From contig NC_009073.1 of NCBI RefSeq assembly GCF_000015805.1, forward strand, positions 1,920,001 to 1,952,000: a stretch of 32,000 nt of DNA, in the 5' to 3' direction. Shown in pieces: positions 7,762 to 14,725 of this stretch. The stretch is from Pyrobaculum calidifontis JCM 11548 (lineage in GTDB: Archaea > Thermoproteota > Thermoprotei > Thermoproteales > Thermoproteaceae). Under the pieces are notes generated by a model, which was not told where the DNA came from, ran no database searches, and was given only the letters and a program-made list of their open reading frames with translations. The position numbers and the translations under genes were made by a program. Positions within the stretch are counted from its first letter, which is position 1. Every line of letters begins with the position of its first letter.

Positions 7762-8229
7762 ATGTCTCATGAAGTCCCAACGTCGGACGTGGTGTTGGAA
7801 TACCTAGAGTCGATGATGGAGCGGCTGGATCAGTGGGTGAAAGAGCAGGAGAGACAGGTGAAAGAGCTGGAGTCCCACGGCGAGGCTATGAAGGCCGCCG
7901 ACCGCCTCGCCTTGCTCTATTCGGCGCAGGCAATGTTGAACTACATAGCCAGGGTGTTGAAGGACTTTGAATCATGGCTCAGCAATCCCGTTGTCACCTC
8001 GGTAATGCCCGAGGACATGTTGAGGAGGCTGGAGGCCATGCTGAGAGAAGTCGCAATCAAGTTTATCCAGGTGGACATAGCCCACACCTCTGAGTACCGC
8101 GACCTACTGTCAAAGTTCGCAAAAGAGGGAAAAGTCCCCTCAATCCTAATGCTGTATGTACAACAGAGGCCCCAGCCGCCAACTAGGAGGAGAGGCGGCG
8201 AAGAGGGAGGAACCCCGAGGTTCTTCTAA
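7762..8229 (+). CDS. hypothetical helical protein with an Arg/Gly/Glu-rich tail
   Basis: ATG 7762 lies 24 nt after CTTATATAC. Coding-like ORF followed by a T-run. No family recognised. Confidence 0.6.
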   Translation: MSHEVPTSDVVLEYLESMMERLDQWVKEQERQVKELESHGEAMKAADRLALLYSAQAMLNYIARVLKDFESWLSNPVVTSVMPEDMLRRLEAMLREVAIKFIQVDIAHTSEYRDLLSKFAKEGKVPSILMLYVQQRPQPPTRRRGGEEGGTPRFF

Positions 8230-8278
8230 GCCTTCAACTCCCTATTTAACTCTCAGAAGATATTCCTCTAGGCCGGTG

Positions 8279-8290
8279 TTTTCTCCGCTT
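8279..8290 (+). terminator. T-rich tract, possible archaeal terminator for gene 7762..8229
   Basis: TTTTCTCCGCTT lies 50 nt after the stop. Archaeal termination commonly uses oligo-T. Confidence 0.3.
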
Positions 8291-8354
8291 TGGGAATGTG
8301 CGCCTCTGAGAGGTGGCGCCGAGGCTTCACTGCGGAGGACGTCTTGCCGCCGCC

Positions 8355-9188
8355 CTAGGTGATGTGGTCGGGCTTGTAGATGTCTATTCTGACTTTGTAA
8401 ACTCCTGGAGCGTAGTCTCGTACGATTCTCCTGTTTATTACTATGCAGTTTGGACACACGTCGCGGACTATTGCCTCAGCTTCTGCAAACGGCGCCTCTT
8501 CTCGGCCAGTGTGGTAGAAGTGTACGACGCCTCCGCCGTCTAGACACTCTAGGGCTAGGGGGAGGTACCTATACGCGCCTAGGGGGAGCGTTAGGAGAAC
8601 TCTGTCAAATTTCCCCCTGAGAAGCGGCGCAACTGTCGCAACGTCGCCGTGGATGCCCACCGCGTTTTTCACCTTGTTTATTCTAAAGTTCTCCACCATG
8701 TACTTGAACCCCCAGGGGTTGAGCTCCACTGCCACAATTAGCCTGGGCTTTGCCAATTTGGCTATTGCAATGGCGTACGGCGCCACTCCGGCAAATAGGT
8801 AGAGCACTCTCTCGCCCTCTTTCACCATCTTCGCCACGTCTAGTCTATCTGTCTGATCTCTAGAGGAGAAGTAGACCTTGGTGGGGTCCACCTTTATGTA
8901 GTACCCGTGTTCCTTGTGTAAAACCTCCGTAGGACCCTCAACCAGTACTTCAAACTCGTAGAGCCTATATTCGCCTCTCCTCCCACCCAGCTTTCTCAAA
9001 ACTGCGCGTACGTGTTTATTCATCTGTGTAATCGCCTTGGCTATTACGTGTTTGTACTCCTCTAGCTCTGGGGGGATCTCTACCACCGCCACGGCGCCGC
9101 TCCGGGAGCCTATTATCTCAAATGAGGTAGGCACCTTGTCGAGTAGCTCCGGGGGAATTGCCCCAGCGACTCTTTCCTTAAGCGACAT
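8355..9188 (-). CDS. trm5: tRNA (guanine37-N1)-methyltransferase, Trm5/Taw22 family (Met-10+ like)
   Basis: SAM-binding segment ERVLYLFAGVAPYAIAIA and VELNPWGFKYMVENFRINKV. The N-terminal EIIGSRSGAVAVVEIP and overall length are typical of archaeal Trm5. Confidence 0.8.
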   Translation of the reverse strand: MSLKERVAGAIPPELLDKVPTSFEIIGSRSGAVAVVEIPPELEEYKHVIAKAITQMNKHVRAVLRKLGGRRGEYRLYEFEVLVEGPTEVLHKEHGYYIKVDPTKVYFSSRDQTDRLDVAKMVKEGERVLYLFAGVAPYAIAIAKLAKPRLIVAVELNPWGFKYMVENFRINKVKNAVGIHGDVATVAPLLRGKFDRVLLTLPLGAYRYLPLALECLDGGGVVHFYHTGREEAPFAEAEAIVRDVCPNCIVINRRIVRDYAPGVYKVRIDIYKPDHIT

Positions 9189-9214
9189 GCGTCACACATG
9201 TGGGGTGAGATGTA

Positions 9215-9264
9215 TCAGTCCCTGACCCACTCGTCACATTGTCAGAAGGGTAAGTTGTCTTCAT
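9215..9264 (-). ncRNA. C/D box sRNA candidate (2'-O-methylation guide)
   Basis: Minus strand reads AUGAAGA-CAACUUACCCUU-CUGA-CAAU-GUGACGA-GUGGGUCAGGGA-CUGA, i.e. C box, 12 nt, D' box, 4 nt, C' box, 12 nt, D box. Both C-type boxes differ from RUGAUGA only at position 5. An A/T box lies about 26 nt upstream. Confidence 0.65.
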
Positions 9265-9277
9265 TAAATATATAAAC
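9263..9277 (+). promoter_or_regulatory. radA TATA box
   Basis: ATTAAATATATAAAC, about 26 nt upstream of GTG 9297. Confidence 0.6.
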
Positions 9278-9288
9278 ACTCACAGGGG

Positions 9289-9296
9289 TTTAAAAC
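9289..9296 (-). promoter_or_regulatory. candidate TATA box of the C/D sRNA
   Basis: Minus strand reads GTTTTAAA, about 26 nt upstream of the sRNA 5' end (~9266). It crosses the radA TATA, as at the other close divergent pairs. Confidence 0.4.
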
Positions 9297-10295
9297 GTGT
9301 CTACTAGGAAAAAGAAGGCGGATGCCGAGGTGGCACAGGCGGCTACTGTCGCGGCTAGCCCAGATATCGACGTGGAGGAGCTCGAGGGCATTGGACGTGT
9401 CACTGGGGCCAAGCTGAAGGAGAAGGGGTACTACACTGTGAGAGACGTGGCCTACGCCTCTGTGAAGGAGTTGGCGGAGATCGTCGGTAGTGAGGAGAGA
9501 GCTCAGCAAATTGTGGAAGCGGCGAGGAAAATGCTTGGGCTTCACTCGTTTATCTCGGCTTTGGAGGTGTACGAGAGGAGGAAGAAAATTAGGCGTATTT
9601 CCACCGGCGTGAGAGCACTTGACGAGCTACTCGGCGGCGGCATTGAGACTAGGGCCGTTACTGAGGTGGTGGGCGAGTTTGGCTCGGGGAAGACTCAGCT
9701 GTGCCACCAGCTGGCCGTCATGGTTCAACTGCCAGAGGACAGGGGCGGGCTGGGGGCCAAGGCTATATACATTGACACAGAGAACACCTTCCGGCCAGAG
9801 CGCATTATGCAGATAGCCAAGGCCAGGGGCCTCGACCCAGACCAAGCCCTTAACAACATATTCTACGCCAGGGCGTACAGCGCCGATCACCAAATGGTGC
9901 TAGTGGAGCAGGCCAAGTCGCTGATTAGACAACACAACGTGGCCCTCCTAGTGGTAGACTCAGTAATCGCCCACTTCCGCGCCGAGTTCCCCGGCAGGGA
10001 GAACCTCGCAGAGCGCCAGCAGAAGTTGAATAAGCACATCGCCGACCTCCTCAGGCTGGCCGACGCCTACGACGTAGCCGTCGTTGTCACAAACCAAGTG
10101 ATGGCCCAGCCAGACGTCTTCTTCGGCAACCCGCTGAGGCCAGCGGGCGGGAACATCCTCGCCCACGGCGCCACCTACAGGCTGTGGCTCCGCAAGTCCA
10201 AGGAGAACATCCGCATTGCCAAGATATTCGACTCGCCCTACCACCCAGAGGGAGAGGTTTCGTTCCGCATTACCGAGGAGGGCCTCGTCGACTAG
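9297..10295 (+). CDS. radA: DNA repair and recombination protein RadA
   Basis: HhH segment [17 protein letters not shown] and Walker [10 protein letters not shown]; the full length is RadA/Rad51-like. GTG start lies 26 nt after AAATATATAAAC. Confidence 0.95.
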   Translation: MSTRKKKADAEVAQAATVAASPDIDVEELEGIGRVTGAKLKEKGYYTVRDVAYASVKELAEIVGSEERAQQIVEAARKMLGLHSFISALEVYERRKKIRRISTGVRALDELLGGGIETRAVTEVVGEFGSGKTQLCHQLAVMVQLPEDRGGLGAKAIYIDTENTFRPERIMQIAKARGLDPDQALNNIFYARAYSADHQMVLVEQAKSLIRQHNVALLVVDSVIAHFRAEFPGRENLAERQQKLNKHIADLLRLADAYDVAVVVTNQVMAQPDVFFGNPLRPAGGNILAHGATYRLWLRKSKENIRIAKIFDSPYHPEGEVSFRITEEGLVD

Positions 10296-10867
10296 AGGAG
10301 CAACAGCCAGTTATACAAGGGGAGGAATTTGAAATTTGTCAATGCGAAGTCCCAGAACTGGCGATATAGTTGGTAGACCGGGTGCTCCGCCAGCCTATTG
10401 ACGATTTGCAACGCTTCAGAGAGGCGACCTGCCAGCGCTAGGCTTATTGACACGTCGTTGGCAAACGTGCGCACTATGGTATACGCCACTGTGTCTCCCT
10501 CTATTACTCCAGGGCTGGCACGCGCCATGAGAAGTTCGAAGTCGACCTTTGCCACCATGGAGTCCACTAGTCTGAGTAATAGGGCTAGGGAGAGCTCCGC
10601 CGCAAGCTCGTCTTGTCTTACGTCGGGCGGTATCGCCCATATCTCAATTAGCTGGGGGTCGACAACTGCGTGCGAGAGGGCGACCTCCCTCAGAACTGCG
10701 TACTTGTCCAAGGGCAGAGATATGTCTAGCCTGCTCAAGTCCCCTACCTCTAGCCGTGTTCTCTCTGCTCCCACCACTACCACGTCGATGGGGGGTGGGC
10801 CGTAGGCGTTGAGCAACTCCGAGATGAGGCGGCGTGTTTCTTCGTCGACTTCTTTCAACCATATCAT
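10292..10867 (-). CDS. hypothetical protein
   Basis: ORF track 10292..10960 trimmed to ATG 10867 ([14 protein letters not shown]...), about 29 nt from the shared TATAAAAA box. The longer form would cross the divergent gene's promoter and start. Confidence 0.5.
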   Translation of the reverse strand: MIWLKEVDEETRRLISELLNAYGPPPIDVVVVGAERTRLEVGDLSRLDISLPLDKYAVLREVALSHAVVDPQLIEIWAIPPDVRQDELAAELSLALLLRLVDSMVAKVDFELLMARASPGVIEGDTVAYTIVRTFANDVSISLALAGRLSEALQIVNRLAEHPVYQLYRQFWDFALTNFKFLPLYNWLLLL

Positions 10868-10888
10868 GTCCACGGCTTGTCTTCGGCC

Positions 10889-10903
10889 AAAGTATAAAAA
10901 TGG
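10889..10903. promoter_or_regulatory. shared bidirectional TATA box
   Basis: AAAGTATAAAAATGG lies midway between starts 10867 (-) and 10920 (+). Confidence 0.6.
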
Positions 10904-10919
10904 AAACACAGAGAGATGT

Positions 10920-12512
10920 ATGCCTAAGTTCGACGTCATTTTAACCGCAGACCGCTCCATGATGTCTAACTACCACCGTAAGGAGTTTCTCGGCTTTGGG
11001 ACCACTGGGCCTATCTTCGTGGAGTTGCCGTTTGGGCTATCTGAGAAGTTCCACTCTTTCCTCTTTGCGCCTAAGCTCAAGGTAGACAAATGGGGGAGGC
11101 CGCTTGAGGCGCCCTACGGCATGCGCAAGATTGAGGCCAAGCTGCTGGACGCGGGCATCAACGCCGCCGTGATAGACCCAGACCACGTCCACAAGTACAT
11201 ACACGAGGCCAAAGTGCTCATGTTAAGCCACCACGACTACTTTGGCCTAAACCCGCCCAGTAGCACGTGGGGGGTCATAGTGGGCAAGGAGCCCATGAAC
11301 GCGTTATTCTTCAAGAGGTTCATGGAGAGACTGGCCCCCCATATAGCTAAAGCGAAGGCGTCCAACGGGCTCAAGGTAATAGTGGGGGGCCCAGCCGCGT
11401 GGCAGTGGCTCTACTTCCCAGAACTAGTGGAGCGCTGGGGCATAGACACGATCTTCGACGGCGAGGGGGAAAAGCTCGTAGTTGAACTTGTGAAAAACGC
11501 CCTCGAGGGGAAGCCGTTGCCTAGATATGTCTATGTGGGCGTCTCCGAGGCTCCCGACGTCTCAGAGATCTCCGAGATAAAGTACCCCAGCATAAACGGC
11601 TTAGTAGAAATTGGGAGAGGCTGCCCAAGGGGATGCGCCTTTTGCTCTGTGACGCTGAGGGCAATGAGGTGGTACCCCCTCGAGAAAATAGAGAAGGAGC
11701 TGAGGATAAACGCCGAGGCCGGCGTAGTGGACGGCATATTGCACTCAGACGAGGTCCCCCTCTACGGCTCCTCCGGCGTTGAGCCCAGGCCCGACAAGCT
11801 GATCGAGCTCCACAAGCTTGCCAAGAGGTACTACAGAAAGGTGGGGTGGAGCCACTCGACGTTCGTCGCAATTTACCACGGGGAGAAGAAGATGGGGAAG
11901 CTTTTCACAAAGCTCTCAGAGATCATCCTGGACGAACATCAGGACTGGTGGGGAGCGCAGATAGGACTGGAGACTGGCTCAATAAGGCTGGCGCGGCGGA
12001 TAATGCCCGGCAAAGCTGCCCCGTACAAGATTGAGCAATGGCACGAGATTGTAGTCGAGGCCGCCGCAATTATGCACGAGATAAGACTTATACCGGCGAT
12101 TACACTAATCGTGGGTCTGCCGGAGGAGGAGCCGGAGGACGTGCTAGAGACAATAGAGCTAGTGGAGAAGCTGAGACCCTACAGGAGCTTGATAGTGCCA
12201 CTGTTCTATGTCCCCATGAGCCACGTAAGATCTGACAAGACTGGCTGGCTGGACAAGTTAAGCCTCTACCCCGAACACATAGATCTGCTTAAAGCCGTGG
12301 CCAGACACTCGATCTTCTGGGCGCGCGACATTGTGAACAAGTACTACTTCAAGGGGCCTCAGTACTTCCTACTCCGCCGCCTAGTCAACTTCTTCATATC
12401 CTACGTCGACAAGAGAATCGCCGAATTGGAGGACTACGTGGAGCGCTACAAGGCCGAGCTTAGGGAGAGGAGAGAGAGGGAGAGGAGGGGGGTGCTGGTG
12501 TTCACCCAGTAG
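10920..12512 (+). CDS. radical SAM protein with an N-terminal B12-binding-like (Rossmann) domain
   Basis: ORF track 10809..12512 trimmed to ATG 10920 (MPKFDVILTADR...), 24 nt after TATAAAAA. CxxxCxxC motif GCPRGCAFC. These are the only cysteines in the protein. Confidence 0.8.
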   Translation: MPKFDVILTADRSMMSNYHRKEFLGFGTTGPIFVELPFGLSEKFHSFLFAPKLKVDKWGRPLEAPYGMRKIEAKLLDAGINAAVIDPDHVHKYIHEAKVLMLSHHDYFGLNPPSSTWGVIVGKEPMNALFFKRFMERLAPHIAKAKASNGLKVIVGGPAAWQWLYFPELVERWGIDTIFDGEGEKLVVELVKNALEGKPLPRYVYVGVSEAPDVSEISEIKYPSINGLVEIGRGCPRGCAFCSVTLRAMRWYPLEKIEKELRINAEAGVVDGILHSDEVPLYGSSGVEPRPDKLIELHKLAKRYYRKVGWSHSTFVAIYHGEKKMGKLFTKLSEIILDEHQDWWGAQIGLETGSIRLARRIMPGKAAPYKIEQWHEIVVEAAAIMHEIRLIPAITLIVGLPEEEPEDVLETIELVEKLRPYRSLIVPLFYVPMSHVRSDKTGWLDKLSLYPEHIDLLKAVARHSIFWARDIVNKYYFKGPQYFLLRRLVNFFISYVDKRIAELEDYVERYKAELRERRERERRGVLVFTQ

Positions 12513-12951
12513 CTCGGAGCCTCGCCTCAATTTGTTTTCTCAAGTCGACTTCTACCCCCACATGCGCTATTCCCAACACCTTGGCTAATAGGCAAGCCAG
12601 CCCGCACTCTCTGCAACATTCTAGTTTTAGCTCCTCGTCGCACTCTATCTCTCCCCCATTTTTACAGAACACTTCGCTGAGCATTTGCCACACTTCGTCT
12701 AGAAACTTGGCGCGGGGACTCCTAGTGGAGAAGGCTAGCGAGTTTGTAATTCCGTATAGGTCTGTTATATATAGTATGGACTTCGCTTGAAGCCGGGATG
12801 CGAGCGATGATATACACGGGAAATTCCTAGGCTTGAGATCCCCGCCGCACAGCTCTAAAACCTTCCTGAATTCGTTTAAGACGTCGTCGCTGGCCTCTAC
12901 ATACGCGATGACCCCTCTCCTCCAGTCCACAAGCGCGGCGCCTCGTCGCAT
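12502..12951 (-). CDS. hypothetical protein
   Basis: ATG 12951 lies 22 nt from the shared TTTTATAAATT box. Cys cluster ECDEELKLECCRECGLAC. No family recognised. Confidence 0.5.
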   Translation of the reverse strand: MRRGAALVDWRRGVIAYVEASDDVLNEFRKVLELCGGDLKPRNFPCISSLASRLQAKSILYITDLYGITNSLAFSTRSPRAKFLDEVWQMLSEVFCKNGGEIECDEELKLECCRECGLACLLAKVLGIAHVGVEVDLRKQIEARLRATG

Positions 12952-12967
12952 GTCTCTCAGCGTTGAG

Positions 12968-12978
12968 TTTTATAAATT
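12968..12978. promoter_or_regulatory. shared bidirectional TATA box
   Basis: TTTTATAAATT lies 22 nt from the 12951 (-) start and 24 nt from the 12997 (+) start. Confidence 0.6.
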
Positions 12979-12996
12979 GATTTCTTCAAGCGCGTC

Positions 12997-13308
12997 ATGG
13001 CAGAGCTGTGCTTCGCATGTACAGACAGAGAGTACGCAGTGCCTGTGGTAAACGTAACCTGTACTATATGTAAAAAGACTGTGAGCTGGCGCGAGGCGGT
13101 TAAGCACTATGCAGAGCACGGCAAGAGAAGCGGCGACAACGTGGCTTGTCCTCTGTGCGGCGCTAAGGTGAAAAGCCGCGAGTATAGGCGCCACGTGAGG
13201 ATGCACTTTGTTAAAAGGAGGGAGAGGGGGTACATGTGCGGCGTGTGTGGGAGGTCGTTTATCACGCTGAGGTCGTTGCTTGTGCATATACAGAAAATGC
13301 ATGAATGA
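12997..13308 (+). CDS. C2H2-type zinc-finger protein (three finger-like units)
   Basis: CTICKKTVSWREAVKHYAEH, CPLCGAKVKSREYRRHVRMH and CGVCGRSFITLRSLLVHIQKMH fit C-x2-C-x11/12-H-x3/4-H. Confidence 0.7.
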   Translation: MAELCFACTDREYAVPVVNVTCTICKKTVSWREAVKHYAEHGKRSGDNVACPLCGAKVKSREYRRHVRMHFVKRRERGYMCGVCGRSFITLRSLLVHIQKMHE

Positions 13309-13798
13309 AATTGTCCAACTTTTTCTCCTCATTTGGCCCCCCTATGTCGCAAACGGGTCGGCTGTCTTAGCCGCAAGACTGAGGCGTAGACACCCCCTAG
13401 ACTTTGGCAAAAATTTTCTCGATGGGAGAAGGATTTTTGGAGATGGCAAAACCTTTGAGGGAGTTGCCATCGGCGTATCTGCGGGCACGCTACTGGGCTA
13501 TGCGCCAAACCTAGCCTACAGCTATTTAACGCTTCTTGACGCATTTCTATTGGCCACAGCGGCCATAGTCGGCGATTTGCTTGGGGCGTTTGTTAAAAGG
13601 CGGTTGTGCATGCCCAGGGGCTACCCGGCATTTCCCCTAGATCAGCTCGACTTCCTCCTCATGGCCTTGCTGGTGTATAGCCTATACAGAGAGCTACACA
13701 TCCCGCTTCTCCTAGCCGCGGTGGTTCTGACGCCCGTAATACACCGCGCTACAAACTACGCGGCTTACAAGCTGAGGCTTAAGAAGGAGCCTTGGTAA
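13301..13798 (+). CDS. carS: CDP-archaeol synthase (CarS, DUF46 family)
   Basis: PPYVANGSAV, DGRRIFGDGKTFEGV, GDLLGAFVKRR and PLDQLDF match the CarS family as I recall it. ATG 13301 (MNEIVQ) overlaps the zinc-finger gene by 8 nt. The ORF-track start is 13280. Confidence 0.75.
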   Translation: MNEIVQLFLLIWPPYVANGSAVLAARLRRRHPLDFGKNFLDGRRIFGDGKTFEGVAIGVSAGTLLGYAPNLAYSYLTLLDAFLLATAAIVGDLLGAFVKRRLCMPRGYPAFPLDQLDFLLMALLVYSLYRELHIPLLLAAVVLTPVIHRATNYAAYKLRLKKEPW

Positions 13799-13809
13799 AA
13801 GATAAAAAG
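13796..13809 (+). promoter_or_regulatory. atpF TATA box
   Basis: TAAAAGATAAAAAG, 26 nt upstream of ATG 13829. Confidence 0.5.
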
Positions 13810-13828
13810 TCGGAGAATGCTTTACGCA

Positions 13829-14119
13829 ATGCACATTGTAGTTGGCGACGAGTACACAGTGGCGCTGTTTAAGCTTCTGGGATTTGAGGGCAGAGTGATT
13901 GAGGACCCCCACAGTGCCCTGGATTTTATTAAAAAGGCTCTCCAGAACTACGATGTAATATTCCTCACGTCTACTCTTGCCAAGGCGGTTCGAAGAGAGC
14001 TAGACGATCTGCGTATGGCTAATCCACGCAAGCTTCTAGTGGAGGTACCCAGCGTCAAAGAGGGCATGGAGAGAGAGGTCAACTATCTACAAATAGTACG
14101 ACAAGTGCTCGGCGGTTGA
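13829..14119 (+). CDS. atpF: A-type (V-type) ATP synthase subunit F
   Basis: MHIVVGDEYTVALFKLLGFEG is a typical AtpF N-terminus. ATG 13829 lies 26 nt after AAAGATAAAAAG. The ORF-track start 13817 is too close to the box. Confidence 0.8.
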   Translation: MHIVVGDEYTVALFKLLGFEGRVIEDPHSALDFIKKALQNYDVIFLTSTLAKAVRRELDDLRMANPRKLLVEVPSVKEGMEREVNYLQIVRQVLGG

Positions 14120-14121
14120 GA

Positions 14122-14132
14122 TTATTTAAAAA
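14122..14132 (+). promoter_or_regulatory. atpE TATA box
   Basis: TTATTTAAAAA, 26 nt upstream of ATG 14153. Confidence 0.55.
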
Positions 14133-14152
14133 CCTTCACAATAAGTGCGGCG

Positions 14153-14725
14153 ATGTCGCTTTTCGAAGATTTAATCAACGCAAAGATCAAGGAGCTGGAA
14201 GATCTTAAAAAGAACCTGTTAATCGATGTTGAGACTAAGATTAGGAAGGAGGCCGAAGCCGTCGTGAACAAGTCGCTTGAACGAATAGCCACGGTGGAGA
14301 GCGAGACGTTGCTTGAAAGAGAGAAGATTTTGTATGACGCCGTTGTTGAATCGAGGAAAATGATCGCAGAGACCTATGAGTCTCTACTTCAAGACCTCAT
14401 AAATTCAATATACAATGAAATAGAGAGGATGAGGGGAAGCGAGCGTTATATAAACTTCCTCTCTAGACTCCTTGAAAACGCAGTAACCTACATCCAGTCA
14501 AAAGAAGTGGTGATTTACGCCTCCCCTAAGGATAGAGGCGTTGTAGAAACCTTGGCAAGGAAGCTTGGTCTGTCCGGACTCATAGCAGAGAGGGATATGA
14601 AGGGCGGCGTGGTGGTGGCGTCGAAAGACGGCTCCATTGTAGTCGACTATTCGATAGAGTCCATTATAGCTAACAAGGTGGAAGAGATAAAACACCTCCT
14701 CTACGAGATGACTTATGAGCGGTAG
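14153..14725 (+). CDS. atpE: A-type ATP synthase subunit E
   Basis: Long charged N-terminal helix followed by a globular C-terminal domain. Position between atpF and atpA. Own TATA at 14122-14132. Confidence 0.75.

Noticed and set aside
8359-8395. GUGAUGU ... CUGA on the + strand at the trm5 3' end as a possible C/D sRNA.
   Set aside because: Only 23 nt separate the boxes, and there is no C'/D' pair. The spacing is incompatible with the 12-nt guide rule.
9190-9248. Direct repeat CGTCACA (9191-9197 region and 9232-9238) as a possible transcription-factor site pair.
   Set aside because: One copy is simply the complement of the sRNA C' box (GUGACGA). The second copy, tested as a further C box, has no D box partner. 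A 7-mer pair alone is weak evidence.
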